Source of the DNA: a virus
Taxonomy: Duplodnaviria; Caudoviricetes
Reading direction: 5' to 3' (one strand)
IMG/VR virus record: IMGVR_UViG_3300034093_001920
Coordinates: 1 to 56,076 of that record
DNA length: 56,076 bases
Shown here: one piece after another, positions 10,821 through 20,776 of the stretch
How positions within the stretch are numbered: the stretch's first letter is position 1
Layout of the letters: each line of letters starts with the position of its first letter
Notes under the pieces: generated by a model
Told to the model about the DNA's origin: nothing
What the model saw: the letters and a program-made list of their open reading frames with translations, nothing else
Databases searched by the model: none
Position numbers and translations under genes: made by a program

Positions 10821-11009
10821 ATGGGTAAGGTACGGGTTTCATTCGAAGCTACATTCACCGATGGCGACTCAAACCTCGTGACTACTGACAAGCGATTTGT
10901 TCGCAAGGTCTTGAACAAGCGGTTTAAGACTATGCCAGAAATCATCGGGTTTATTCGCGTGCTGGAAGAAGAAGATTGGCAGAAACAACTTGAGGAGGAC
11001 GAAGACTAA
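10821..11009 (+). CDS. Hypothetical protein
   Basis: GGAGG SD, coupled to the next gene. Confidence 0.6.
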   Translation: MGKVRVSFEATFTDGDSNLVTTDKRFVRKVLNKRFKTMPEIIGFIRVLEEEDWQKQLEEDED

Positions 11010-11449
11010 TGGCTAATGTCACTGATGAAGGACCCCGCGAGTTTGCAAACCCTGACCAGTTTGACTCGCAGGTTCGCGAATACGCGCAGGTACGAGACAG
11101 CATGACTGTTCTCGAAGCACGCAAGAAAGAACTTCACGGCAAGCTCATGAGCAAGCTGGAAGAAGACGGTATCGAAGACGAGGGTGGAAACATTGTCCTT
11201 GAACTTCCCGACGCTATCGCAGGCATCACGGCACTCGTAAAGACTCGCCGTGTCAGCCGCAAGGTAGACCTCGAACGCGCCCTTGAGATTGTGAAAGAGC
11301 ACGGACTTGAGGACGACCTCATCGAGATGGTTCCTCAGTTGGTAGAAGACGCCGTCATGGCGAAACTCTACGAAGGAGAACTGAACGAAAACGAAGTTGA
11401 CCAGATGTACCCACAGACGGTCACGTGGGCATTGAACACCAAGAAGTAA
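11009..11449 (+). CDS. Coiled-coil protein (Gam/gp157-like)
   Basis: N-terminal coiled coil, replication context. Confidence 0.45.
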   Translation: MANVTDEGPREFANPDQFDSQVREYAQVRDSMTVLEARKKELHGKLMSKLEEDGIEDEGGNIVLELPDAIAGITALVKTRRVSRKVDLERALEIVKEHGLEDDLIEMVPQLVEDAVMAKLYEGELNENEVDQMYPQTVTWALNTKK

Positions 11450-11452
11450 TTC

Positions 11453-11926
11453 ATGGTAGGAATGCGCAGCGAAGCCGAAATCCTCAAAGCCTTTGAGGGT
11501 CTCGACACGCGCCCTGGTTCACGACACGCCCGAGTTGCAACGAGTTCTGTTGCAGAGAAGAAGCGTGCTAAAGTTCTGGGAGAAGGAAGTGGTTGGGATG
11601 AAAATCCCATCATCAAATCTGTACGAGGAGTAGAGACCGAATTGTTCACCATCAGTGCTTTGGCACAGGCGTTGGAGAAGGAAGTCGTTACGATTCGGTA
11701 CTGGGAGAAGAAGGGCCATATCCCTGGCGCTCCCTTCAGACTTCGTTCCAAGATAATTAACGGTAACAAGGTCAACGGCAATCGGGTGTATACTCGGGAA
11801 CTGATTGAAATTGCTATCGAAGAATTTCAAGAACGAGGTCTGCTAGGTTCCGCTCGTGTAGACTGGAACCGAAACAGCGACTTGACATCTGCTATTGTTA
11901 GCAAGTGGCAAGAAGCCCTCAAATAA
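11453..11926 (+). CDS. MerR-like HTH DNA-binding protein
   Basis: 'FTISALAQALEKEVVTIRYWEKKGHIP...RVYT'. Confidence 0.75.
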   Translation: MVGMRSEAEILKAFEGLDTRPGSRHARVATSSVAEKKRAKVLGEGSGWDENPIIKSVRGVETELFTISALAQALEKEVVTIRYWEKKGHIPGAPFRLRSKIINGNKVNGNRVYTRELIEIAIEEFQERGLLGSARVDWNRNSDLTSAIVSKWQEALK

Positions 11927-11987
11927 CTAAATACACCGATTCATCCAAAGAGTGCGAAAGCCTCATAACCAATAAGGAGACCAGCCG

Positions 11988-12647
11988 ATGGTCAATGCGC
12001 CTACTGTAGACGCTTCCAACTACACGGACGACGAGTTCGTTGTAGACTCCCCCGACGCATCACCCAAGCACGGAACTTCGGTTCAGGCTGGCTGGGGTGC
12101 TGCCGCTGACAAGCTGACCGTGAAGAATTCGGAATACCCGAATGACTTCAAGTTCTCGGACAAGCCTCAGCTCGTTCGTTTCCTCGAAGACGCTCCGTTT
12201 GCTGTTTACCAGCAGCACTGGATTGAGCGTGAAGGCAAGAAGTCTTTTGTCTGCCTCGAGGACGAGTGCCCCTTGTGCATCATTTCTGGTGACAAGCCCC
12301 GTGGACGCTTTGCGTTCAACGTTCTCGTCCTTTCGGAAGAGACCCCTACCGTCCAGATTCTGACGGCTCCCCCGACGTTTGCCCGTATGCTTCGTTCTGC
12401 GAACGAGGACGAGCGCCGTGGACCCCTGACGAAGTACTACTGGGCTATCTCTCGCGAGGGAACTGGTCCTCAGACCACGTTCAACCTTGAGCGCGTCCGT
12501 GCGACCGACCTCGCTGAAGAGTGGGAGATGGACGCTGAGTCCATCGACGAATTCGCGGCGACTGCTGTCAAGTACGACGCTTCGACCGTCTACGTCAGCC
12601 CGAAGGACGAGATGACCACTATCGCTCGTTCGCTCATCAACGCGTAG
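11988..12647 (+). CDS. Single-stranded DNA-binding protein (gp32-like)
   Basis: VRFL..., H...C...CPLC zinc site, OB-like core, AAGGAG SD, upstream of the polymerase. Confidence 0.7.
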   Translation: MVNAPTVDASNYTDDEFVVDSPDASPKHGTSVQAGWGAAADKLTVKNSEYPNDFKFSDKPQLVRFLEDAPFAVYQQHWIEREGKKSFVCLEDECPLCIISGDKPRGRFAFNVLVLSEETPTVQILTAPPTFARMLRSANEDERRGPLTKYYWAISREGTGPQTTFNLERVRATDLAEEWEMDAESIDEFAATAVKYDASTVYVSPKDEMTTIARSLINA

Positions 12648-12661
12648 TAGGTCCCACTCAC

Positions 12662-12706
12662 AAGAGCGGGAGGTTGGTACCCCTCCGACCTCCCGCTCTT
12701 ATCTTT
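12662..12706 (+). terminator. Intrinsic terminator after ssb
   Basis: 16-bp stem (one G-U) 12662-12677/12685-12700, followed by ATCTTT. Confidence 0.7.
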
Positions 12707-12731
12707 GGGGAACAGGGGAAACAAAGGAACC

Positions 12732-14723
12732 ATGAACGTCATAACGACTCAGGACCAACTCGACGAGTTCATCCGCGCCTACAGCAATGTGGGTGCATTT
12801 GCGTTTGACGTGGAAACTATTGGGGAGAACCGTCTGTACCCCATCATCAACGACGTGTGCTGGATTTCTTTTGCGACCGAGGGTCGTGTAGATGTGATTC
12901 CGATGGGTCACCCCAACGGTTCTTTTGAGGGATGGAAGAAGCCCCTTTTGCTCGACGGTCAGCGACGCCTTGCTGCGGGCAAAGACATCCTTGAGTCGCA
13001 CTACTCAAAGGACCAGCGTAAGTGGGTACCTAAGTTTGGCGAAGCACCCGAACAACTTACTCCTGGACAAGTCTTCTCTGCTATTAAGCCCATCATGTTT
13101 GGACCAGCGCTAAAGATTGGTCACAACCTTAAGTTCGACCTTAAGTCCGTAGCCAAGTACTTCGGTAAGACCATCCCTGCTGGACCATACTTTGACACGC
13201 TTATGGCGGCGTTCATTGTTGACAACCGTAACCGTCTCGGTCTGAAACTCAAGGACTGCGTCAAGCGAGAACTGGGAATCGAAGTTGCTAAGGGAATTGG
13301 TGAGAACGTAGCCGAGCACTCGTTTGAGGATGTTGCTGAGTACTCTGGCATCGACGCGGATGTAACGTACAAATTGTACAAAAAGCTCAACGAGAAGATT
13401 GTTGGACGACTTCGCAAGGTATGGAAGTTGGAGATGGATTGCCTGCCCGCCCTGTGCGACATGGAACTTGCGGGAGCACCCATTGACCAAGCACAGCTGG
13501 ACATCATCGCCGCCCAGATTGAAGAAGACAAGATTAAAGCAGAAGGAAACGTCTACCGTATTGCGGGCAAGGCGTTTAGCATCAACAGTGTTCCTGTTAA
13601 GCAGGAACTCTTGTTTGGTGGAGCAAAGCCACGCATTATTCCTAACACTAAGATTCCTACCACTCTTACCCCTAAAGGTAAAGACGCAAAGATGCGTGGG
13701 GAAGAGTTGAGCCACATCCACTACTCATGCGCCGCGGATGCTCTGGAGTTCTACCGCGAGAAAGACGACTTGGTCGCAGCACTTCTGGAGTACCAGGACC
13801 TCAACAAGCTGATGACTACTTATGTCACGCCGTACAAGGGCGGAGATGTCAAGCGCGTTACTAACGGTAAAGAACGAATTATCCAAAAGGCAAGTCTTCT
13901 CATCAACGGTCGCGTGCACACGAACTTCAAGGCACACGGCGCAGAGACTGGGCGTCTGTCGTCGAGTGAGCCAAACCTGCAGAACATCCCGTCGTCGGGA
14001 GACTACGGCAAGTTGATTCGTAACTTGTTCGTTGCTCCTCCTGGGTACAAGTTGGTTGTTGCTGACTACTCGCAGATTGAGCCTCGCGTTATCGCCGCGT
14101 TCAGTGGTGACCCGATTCTCATGAACAACTACCTGAGTGGCGGAGATATCTACACAACTATTGGTGACACCATGGGTGTAGACCGCAAGGCGGGCAAGGT
14201 TCTCGTTCTCGCCATCTCGTATGGCGTAGGCCCCGACAAGATTGCGTCAAGCATTGGGTGTACCCTCAAAGAGGCCAAGGACCTGATGTCCGCATTTGAG
14301 CAGAAGTTTTCCACCATTCCTCGGTACAAGTCGCGCGTCATCCGACAGGCCAAGGACGGTAATGGTATTCCGTTTGTTGAGACTATCTTTGGTCGTCGTC
14401 GTTACTTGCCCGACCTCCGAAGCACCGACCGTGGTCTGATGTCTCGGGCAGAACGACAGGCATTTAATACGGTAATCCAGGGAAGTGCCGCGGACATCAT
14501 GAAGTTGGCTATCGTCCGTGCACACTCCTGCTTCATCGACGAGCCTGACATCAATGTCCTCCTTACCGTCCACGACGAACTGGTGACGGTTTGTCCTGAG
14601 GACCGAGTGGACGAGACCGTGGAAGCAATTCGTGTATCGATGGAAGGAATTACGATTAAGGAAATGACTGTGCCCCTCATTGCGGGAATCGAAGTTGTAG
14701 ACAAGTGGGGAGAGGCAAAGTAA
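12732..14723 (+). CDS. polA: DNA polymerase family A (3'-5' exonuclease + polymerase)
   Basis: DVET, HNLKFD, TGRLSSSEPNLQNIP, DYSQIE, RKAGKVLVLAISYG, VHDE. Confidence 0.95.
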   Translation: MNVITTQDQLDEFIRAYSNVGAFAFDVETIGENRLYPIINDVCWISFATEGRVDVIPMGHPNGSFEGWKKPLLLDGQRRLAAGKDILESHYSKDQRKWVPKFGEAPEQLTPGQVFSAIKPIMFGPALKIGHNLKFDLKSVAKYFGKTIPAGPYFDTLMAAFIVDNRNRLGLKLKDCVKRELGIEVAKGIGENVAEHSFEDVAEYSGIDADVTYKLYKKLNEKIVGRLRKVWKLEMDCLPALCDMELAGAPIDQAQLDIIAAQIEEDKIKAEGNVYRIAGKAFSINSVPVKQELLFGGAKPRIIPNTKIPTTLTPKGKDAKMRGEELSHIHYSCAADALEFYREKDDLVAALLEYQDLNKLMTTYVTPYKGGDVKRVTNGKERIIQKASLLINGRVHTNFKAHGAETGRLSSSEPNLQNIPSSGDYGKLIRNLFVAPPGYKLVVADYSQIEPRVIAAFSGDPILMNNYLSGGDIYTTIGDTMGVDRKAGKVLVLAISYGVGPDKIASSIGCTLKEAKDLMSAFEQKFSTIPRYKSRVIRQAKDGNGIPFVETIFGRRRYLPDLRSTDRGLMSRAERQAFNTVIQGSAADIMKLAIVRAHSCFIDEPDINVLLTVHDELVTVCPEDRVDETVEAIRVSMEGITIKEMTVPLIAGIEVVDKWGEAK

Positions 14724-15121
14724 TGTTCTGGAAGAAGAAGCCCAAAGTCAAAACGATAGAAATCCTGTCCCACATACGGGAGTTCCTTTACGACTCTCAG
14801 TTTAAAGAGGCCGATGCCCTCGCCGTTATTCTTGGCGCTCCAATTATTAGCGAAGAACTTATGGACAAAGAGTTTGAGCAAAGCGATTTGCGCATTGAAG
14901 AAATTGCACATTTGATTCCTATTGTTCACTCGTACGCACACCTTCTCGCGGGTGCAATGATTACTTTGGAAAAGAAAGCGTCCGAGACCGAGAACGATGA
15001 GCACCCCGAAGAGTTCTGGGAAATGATGCGGACACTCCTTGAGCAGATTTCCATGTCGCTAACAATTGGTGTAGTATCTCAATTAAACCAGTTAGACCTT
15101 ATCAAAGTGAAGGCACCATGA
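14723..15121 (+). CDS. Hypothetical protein
   Basis: TAATG coupling to polA. Confidence 0.6.
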   Translation: MFWKKKPKVKTIEILSHIREFLYDSQFKEADALAVILGAPIISEELMDKEFEQSDLRIEEIAHLIPIVHSYAHLLAGAMITLEKKASETENDEHPEEFWEMMRTLLEQISMSLTIGVVSQLNQLDLIKVKAP

Positions 15122-15318
15122 AAATTAGTTCAGCAGACGTAGCCGCGGCAACGATGGCGGTTACTCTAAACAAGGTTCTCTCCTTTATTGAAGAGCCCTG
15201 CAATCGATTGGACTTCGACGACTTTGAACGAGGAGAAGCCGCTATGGCAGCTCAAATATTTTGGATTATCAACGACAACTTAGGAGATGGGAAGGTGTAC
15301 GGTGCAGAACACAACTAA
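15118..15318 (+). CDS. Hypothetical protein
   Basis: ATGA coupling. Confidence 0.5.
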   Translation: MKISSADVAAATMAVTLNKVLSFIEEPCNRLDFDDFERGEAAMAAQIFWIINDNLGDGKVYGAEHN

Positions 15319-15520
15319 AGGACGTCTTTTGATTGCTGTCCTTGTCATTACTAGCGGACTTCTTGGTGGGGCATTGGGCGCACATCTTGGTCGCAATGAA
15401 TTCGAGATATTTCTTTTTGCCGCAGGTTTTGGGTTTCTTGCGTATATCTCCCTCGTGTCTTTGGTAATCATCATGATGTACACCGCACTGAAAGCAATGA
15501 AAAGGATGAACAATGAGTAG
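15287..15520 (+). CDS. Small 2-TM membrane protein
   Basis: Two hydrophobic helices. Start may be GTG 15302. Confidence 0.5.
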   Translation: MGRCTVQNTTKGRLLIAVLVITSGLLGGALGAHLGRNEFEIFLFAAGFGFLAYISLVSLVIIMMYTALKAMKRMNNE

Positions 15521-15902
15521 TAGTGCAGACTGGTTTGCGCGCAAACTGCAGGGCGCACCGCCCGCAGTGCAGCAGGGGCGACCTGAAGTGTCCCCTCCCA
15601 TGCCCGCTACACAGCAGCCGATGGCGGAGATGCCCCAACAGTTCCAGCAGTCAAATGACCCCTCCAGACTTGCTCAGAGCGCCTCTCAGACCGCCTCCTG
15701 CCCCGACTGTAACTCGGGCAACTACTTCGCGTTCCAGAACTCACAAGCGCGCTGTTACGATTGCGGATACCCCATCCAACAGCAGGGAAGCAAGTACGGA
15801 AGCCTCTCAACCGCCCACGTCGAGGGGGCAACCGCAACCGCTCTTGGAAACAACACCGCCAACAACTACAACCCACAAGGTATTATCGGAAGGATTCAGT
15901 AA
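15513..15902 (+). CDS. Zinc-ribbon protein with Q/P-rich N-terminus
   Basis: CPDC...CYDCG. Confidence 0.65.
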   Translation: MSSSADWFARKLQGAPPAVQQGRPEVSPPMPATQQPMAEMPQQFQQSNDPSRLAQSASQTASCPDCNSGNYFAFQNSQARCYDCGYPIQQQGSKYGSLSTAHVEGATATALGNNTANNYNPQGIIGRIQ

Positions 15903-16057
15903 TGAATAGCCCAGAAAAAACACCAGAATACGACAAGGCGTTTCTTGACGGATACAACTCCGCTCTTGACGACTTCCTAAATGATGAAGCCAACAGCCCG
16001 TTAGTTGTCCAGGCCCGTGAATGGTACGAGAAGAAGGCCCGCCGTGCTAACAGCTGA
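15902..16057 (+). CDS. Hypothetical protein
   Basis: TAATG coupling, MNSPEKTPEY... Confidence 0.5.
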   Translation: MNSPEKTPEYDKAFLDGYNSALDDFLNDEANSPLVVQAREWYEKKARRANS

Positions 16058-17102
16058 ACTTAAAACTATTGTTGCTAAGCTCAACAAGAAGATGGGTTAC
16101 GACGCTGTTGTAATCGGTTCCAGTATCCGTGAGGGGCTTGTCTCGCGCCACACTACAGGCTCCACAACGTTTGACTACGTACTCGGCGGAGGATTTCCCG
16201 CTAACCAATGGAACGAACTTATTGGGGAAGCATCGCACGGTAAGACCGCAGTAGCACTCAAGTGCATCGCGGCAAACCAACAGCGTGACCCAAACTTTGT
16301 GACCGTCTGGATTGCTGCGGAGCAGTGGGTCCCCGAGTACGCAGCGATGTGTGGCGTTGACGCGTCCCGCGTCTTTGTGGTGGAGACCAACATCATGGAG
16401 GAGGCATACCAGGCGGTCCTTGAATTCGCGGAAAGCAAGCAGGTAGACGCTATCGTACTTGACTCACTCCCTGCGTTAATCCCTGGTCCCGAGAACGAAA
16501 AAGACATGGACGAAATAACTGTTGGTCGCGGAGCAATGCTTACCAACAAGTTTTTCCGAAAGGCAGGCGCGGCAATGAAGCGTAGCCTTACAGAAGAAGA
16601 ACGCCCGATTCTTGGAATCGTCATTAACCAGTACCGCATGAAGATTGGTGTCATGCACGGAGACCCACGAACTACCCCTGGTGGAGAGGGCAAGAACTAC
16701 GCGTTCTTCACTCGTTGCGAGGTTCGCCGTGATGAATGGATTGAGTCTGGGTCTGGAGCCAACAAGGTACGCGTCGGACAGCGCATCAAGATTCGCACGC
16801 TCAAGAACAAGACCGCACCGCCTCAACAGGTCGCTTACGTAGACTTCTACTTCAAGGACCACAGCATCTACGAGGCAGGAGACTATGACACCGCGAAAGA
16901 GGTTGCGGCAATGTCGGTAGTTCTTGGAATTGTGGACCGCAAGGGCGGTTGGATTTACCACGGAGAACGCAAGTGGAACGGTAACGAAGCGTTTACACAA
17001 AGCCTGCGCGAAGAGTTTGACTTGTTTGAAGAACTTCGTGACCAGGTTCTTACCCACCAGGTATCGTTCCTGGAACCTAGCGAGGAGAGCACGGATGAGT
17101 AA
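16044..17102 (+). CDS. recA: RecA-like recombinase
   Basis: Walker A GEASHGKT, IVLDSL, INQYRMKIGVMHGDPRTTPGG, KNKTAPP. Confidence 0.93.
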   Translation: MLTAELKTIVAKLNKKMGYDAVVIGSSIREGLVSRHTTGSTTFDYVLGGGFPANQWNELIGEASHGKTAVALKCIAANQQRDPNFVTVWIAAEQWVPEYAAMCGVDASRVFVVETNIMEEAYQAVLEFAESKQVDAIVLDSLPALIPGPENEKDMDEITVGRGAMLTNKFFRKAGAAMKRSLTEEERPILGIVINQYRMKIGVMHGDPRTTPGGEGKNYAFFTRCEVRRDEWIESGSGANKVRVGQRIKIRTLKNKTAPPQQVAYVDFYFKDHSIYEAGDYDTAKEVAAMSVVLGIVDRKGGWIYHGERKWNGNEAFTQSLREEFDLFEELRDQVLTHQVSFLEPSEESTDE

Positions 17103-17340
17103 CTTCAACATCAACGACACCGAATGGGCGCAAGAACTCGAACAAGGTCTCGAAGAATACATGCAGGGACTCTACGAGGCGCTTGACGCCGAAAACAATG
17201 ACGAGGGAGTAGGTCCCGTAACTTTGTCGGGACAACCTTTCTGCGGTTGTGAAACATGTATTACCCGCGAAATGCTTTGGTACGCTACCCCCATCATTCT
17301 GCAAGGTCAGAAGGACGGGGCGGTGGAACTTGAAGTCTGA
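17095..17340 (+). CDS. Hypothetical protein (CGCxxC)
   Basis: ATG 17095 with GGAG SD. Confidence 0.55.
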   Translation: MSNFNINDTEWAQELEQGLEEYMQGLYEALDAENNDEGVGPVTLSGQPFCGCETCITREMLWYATPIILQGQKDGAVELEV

Positions 17341-17644
17341 AGGACAGAAGCAGTCACAGAAACACGAGAAGCGACTAGCTAAAGAGGTTGGTGGAGCAAC
17401 TACCGCTGCTTCGGGAGCGTTCTGGTCGCGGAAGGGCGATGTACGCAATGGCGACCTCCTCATTGAGCACAAGTGGACTGGGAAGAAAACCAAGACCATT
17501 AGCTCAGCAGAACTCAAGAAAATTACTAACGAAGCGATTATGGACGGTCGCCTTCCTGTATTTGGGATTCATCTTGACGGAGTTGATTACGTTATTCTTC
17601 TTGAGACAGATTTCCTAGAAATGTGGCGAGACCGTGTTTCTTAG
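17330..17644 (+). CDS. PD-(D/E)XK Holliday junction resolvase-like nuclease
   Basis: E..LAK...ASGA...KGDV...LIEHK. TTG start. Confidence 0.75.
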   Translation: MKSEGQKQSQKHEKRLAKEVGGATTAASGAFWSRKGDVRNGDLLIEHKWTGKKTKTISSAELKKITNEAIMDGRLPVFGIHLDGVDYVILLETDFLEMWRDRVS

Positions 17645-18020
17645 TGAGCATACCTGGATGGAAAAAGCCGCGTGCAGCGGAGTTAACATCGGAGTCTTTG
17701 GCAAGGGGACAGACCTGTTCTTTCCCCCACGCGACAAAGAACTGTACAAAAAGATTTCAACAGAAGGAAAGAAGTACTGTTTTGGGGACGAGGAAACAGG
17801 TCGACCTCCCTGCCCCGTTAGAAACGAGTGCCTCTGGTTTGCAGTAGAGCTAGATGAGCAACACGGCATCTGGGGCGGTTTGTCACATCGCGAAAGAAAT
17901 GCTAGAGTTAGAAAGTGGCACAGAGACCACCGACATGAGATGACTTTGAAAGAGTACATGCTCAACCTTCAGGAGGGGAAAAATGGTAGTTCAGTCGAAA
18001 GACTTGAAAAACTTTCTTGA
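17634..18020 (+). CDS. whiB: WhiB-family transcription factor
   Basis: W...AAC, FFP, C..CPVRNEC, GIWGG. Confidence 0.9.
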   Translation: MFLSEHTWMEKAACSGVNIGVFGKGTDLFFPPRDKELYKKISTEGKKYCFGDEETGRPPCPVRNECLWFAVELDEQHGIWGGLSHRERNARVRKWHRDHRHEMTLKEYMLNLQEGKNGSSVERLEKLS

Positions 18021-18843
18021 CGCTAAGAAACGTCCGACACGATTGCTTGGGGACATAGACCGTTTCCTCATCATGCAACCCGCGGGAGACCGTAGCACCA
18101 CGGTGTTGCACCCTTCCGAAATCACCAAGAAGGACTGGTGTAAGCGTTCCTCGTGGTTCCTCCTTCAAGGTGCGCCCAAGAAGCAAGACAAGCACCCCTT
18201 CAAACTTCAGTCAATCTTTGACACGGGACACGCTCTTCACGCTAAGTGGCAGAAGTACTTCCAAGACATGGGAGTACTACACGGTCGTTTCAGCTGCCTT
18301 GCGTGTGACCACATTACTTTTGGGACTTCTCCCGAGGCGTGTGAATCGTGCGGGGCTCCTTCGCGCAAACTTGTGTATGACGAGGTCACTCTGTTTGACA
18401 ACGACCTCCGCATCAAAGGCCACACCGATGGTTGGGTCAAGGGAATTGGTGAAGACACCTTGATTGAGATTAAGACTGTCGGACCTGGAACTCTTCGTAT
18501 GGAAGCTCCGTCCCTGATGCAGGAGGCAGACGGAAACTTCCTCAAAGCATTCAGCAATGTGAACCGACCCTTTGGTCCGCACGTACTTCAGGGGCAGGTG
18601 TACCTTGAGTTGATGAAGCGCATGGGTCACGATGTAAACGAGATTACGTTTATCTACGAACTTAAAGCGGACCAGTCAATGAAAGAGTTTAGCGTCAAGG
18701 CAGACTACGAACTTGTTCGCCACGTGTTTGAAGGCGCTGCGCGTGTCGTTGAAGCAATCGAGTCTGGCGAGGTGCTAGACTGTAGCAACAACCCTGGGGG
18801 CACCTGCTCTCAGTGTGATTCTTACAAAGAAGGGGATATCTAA
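17983..18843 (+). CDS. Cas4-like / RecB-family exonuclease
   Basis: HPSE..C, G..LH, GHTDG, IEIKT, Q..Y, C-terminal C..C..C. Confidence 0.8.
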   Translation: MVVQSKDLKNFLDAKKRPTRLLGDIDRFLIMQPAGDRSTTVLHPSEITKKDWCKRSSWFLLQGAPKKQDKHPFKLQSIFDTGHALHAKWQKYFQDMGVLHGRFSCLACDHITFGTSPEACESCGAPSRKLVYDEVTLFDNDLRIKGHTDGWVKGIGEDTLIEIKTVGPGTLRMEAPSLMQEADGNFLKAFSNVNRPFGPHVLQGQVYLELMKRMGHDVNEITFIYELKADQSMKEFSVKADYELVRHVFEGAARVVEAIESGEVLDCSNNPGGTCSQCDSYKEGDI

Positions 18844-19121
18844 TGCAGGAGACATCAAAGGCCGCAGAACGCAGCCTGAACAAGAAGACCATTGAGGTGG
18901 TCCGACAGAACATCTACATGATTCTCAAGTCCAAGCCGATGGTTGACTGGGACATGATTGACAAGTACCGCACTCGTAAGCGTGCACCCAAGGCATCGAC
19001 CAGCGGTCTTCGTAGCCGTCGTGCGGAACTCGTGCGCATGGGCCTTGTAAAAGACAGCGGAAAGCGCGCCAAGCTTCGTTCGGGCCGCTACGCCATTGTG
19101 TGGGAAGCGGTGAAGAAGTAA
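18843..19121 (+). CDS. wHTH-like DNA-binding protein
   Basis: 'SGLRSRRAELVRMGLVKDSG...SGR.AIVW'. Confidence 0.6.
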   Translation: MQETSKAAERSLNKKTIEVVRQNIYMILKSKPMVDWDMIDKYRTRKRAPKASTSGLRSRRAELVRMGLVKDSGKRAKLRSGRYAIVWEAVKK

Positions 19122-19342
19122 TGGAACACGACCACGACCACGCAGGAGAATCAATCTGGCAAGTAGCCTGGGAAATCTTTAGTGACCCAGGCCACATTCT
19201 TGCAGAGTTGGGGTGGACAATCATTCAGGACGGGTTGTTCGTAGCTGTACTGTACGGAATTGTCTTCAAGAAGATGATTCTTCCCAAGTTGCGCAAAGAC
19301 ATCCACCGCGAAATTGACGAAGAACACGGAATCGAGCACTAA
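19121..19342 (+). CDS. Small membrane protein with His-rich ends
   Basis: MEHDHDH..., one TM segment. Confidence 0.55.
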   Translation: MEHDHDHAGESIWQVAWEIFSDPGHILAELGWTIIQDGLFVAVLYGIVFKKMILPKLRKDIHREIDEEHGIEH

Positions 19343-19806
19343 TGAGCGTTATCAGCACCATTGCCTCTGACTGGGGACTGGACTTTACCAAACCTGACCT
19401 TGAACAGGTCCAGATGCCTGCTGATATCACGATGTTGTCGTCCGAGCAGTTAGCCGAGAAGTTTACTCAGCTGACTGCTTGGGCGGACTACATTGCTTCA
19501 CAACTTGCTGTTGCACAGATTGAAGAACGAGCAGCACAACGCTCGCTGGATGTTGCCGAGAACAAGCTTCTTGTTAAGTTGATGGCCTCAGCAGGTCGCG
19601 GAGACCGCATTACCTTGGTAAAAGCGCAGGTATCCGTGGATGATACGGTTCTTGCACTTGCTCAGACCGCCGAAGAAAAGTACGCTTACCGCAAACTTGT
19701 TGAGATGATGCTCAACAACCACGAGCGGGACCTGCAGTTGGTCAGCCGTGAAATCACTCGTCGCACCAATGACCAGCGTGCAAACCGAAAGGACTACGGA
19801 ATCTAA
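19342..19806 (+). CDS. Coiled-coil protein (UvsY-like recombination mediator?)
   Basis: Helical, 'VSREITRR' C-terminus, near recA. Confidence 0.45.
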   Translation: MSVISTIASDWGLDFTKPDLEQVQMPADITMLSSEQLAEKFTQLTAWADYIASQLAVAQIEERAAQRSLDVAENKLLVKLMASAGRGDRITLVKAQVSVDDTVLALAQTAEEKYAYRKLVEMMLNNHERDLQLVSREITRRTNDQRANRKDYGI

Positions 19807-20228
19807 TGGGATTTACTGAAGATGAGTTTTACCGAACCCCCATGGGGAAAAATGACGAAGAGTGGGTACAAGACTTCCTTTCGGGCAGGTTCCTCAATAA
19901 AGGTAAGCCCGTAGAGCGGTCTGAAGACGAGCAGTTTCGTGCAATTTCTGGTGAGTACTACGAGTACCTCCACAACATTCTTGCCGAGAAGCAACAGGAT
20001 TACGGTCCCCTGAACATCGCCCTTGCTCCTGGAGGGCCCCTCAACGGTCTTCTCGTGCGCATGAACGATAAGTTGCAGAGACTCATTAACTTGACATATA
20101 ACCCTACGGGCAAGCCCAACAACGAGGCTATCGCGGATTCTTACGCAGACCTCGCCAACTACTGTGTTATTTCCATGATGGTTTTGGACGGGGTGTGGAA
20201 GGGAGTTCCTGAGGAGTATCTCCCGTGA
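19806..20228 (+). CDS. Nucleotide-modification-associated domain 1 (DUF1599-like) protein
   Basis: KQQDYG...VRMNDKLQRL...DSYADLANY. Confidence 0.8.
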   Translation: MGFTEDEFYRTPMGKNDEEWVQDFLSGRFLNKGKPVERSEDEQFRAISGEYYEYLHNILAEKQQDYGPLNIALAPGGPLNGLLVRMNDKLQRLINLTYNPTGKPNNEAIADSYADLANYCVISMMVLDGVWKGVPEEYLP

Positions 20229-20776
20229 AGGAATTCTATCGCCTGACCGTCCAGGAAGAAGCCCTTGCAGCCCGCGTAGGGTGGGAACGCCAACTCCCAA
20301 TGCTTGGTCAGCCCGAACGTAACCGCAATTACAGTGAAGGTGACATCTGGGAAGCGTGGCAGCACATGATTTGTGCAGCTTCTGAGATTGCCGCAGCGCG
20401 TATGCTGGGGATGGACAACTTCGAGCCCCACGCCAATACTTTCAAGACTAAACTCGACATCCCTGGGTATGAAGTTCGATACTCGTTTACTAAAAAGGGG
20501 CGGTCAGAGGGCGAAAAGTGGTCTTTGAGATTTAATCCCAAAGTAGATGACCCTAACCAGGTGTACATCCTTATTGCGGGCGGACCCGAGACCAAGAACC
20601 GACGCGATGAGACCACTAACTACGAAGGTCCCGCTTTCTTTTCTCTCGGATGGATGCGGGGAAGTGACTGTTTTACGGATGAGTTCGTAGCTCCTTACGG
20701 ACAGAACAACTATTCTGTTCCCTGCGACAAGCTCAACCCCATGTCAACACTCCCCATCATGGAAGACTCAAAATGA
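20225..20776 (+). CDS. Hypothetical protein (restriction-endonuclease-like?)
   Basis: A.SE.AAA...D....EVR pattern. Confidence 0.45.
   Translation: MKEFYRLTVQEEALAARVGWERQLPMLGQPERNRNYSEGDIWEAWQHMICAASEIAAARMLGMDNFEPHANTFKTKLDIPGYEVRYSFTKKGRSEGEKWSLRFNPKVDDPNQVYILIAGGPETKNRRDETTNYEGPAFFSLGWMRGSDCFTDEFVAPYGQNNYSVPCDKLNPMSTLPIMEDSK

Noticed and set aside
17983-18843. Cas4-like gene as part of a CRISPR system
   Set aside because: Solo nuclease in the recombination operon, with no cas1/cas2 or array
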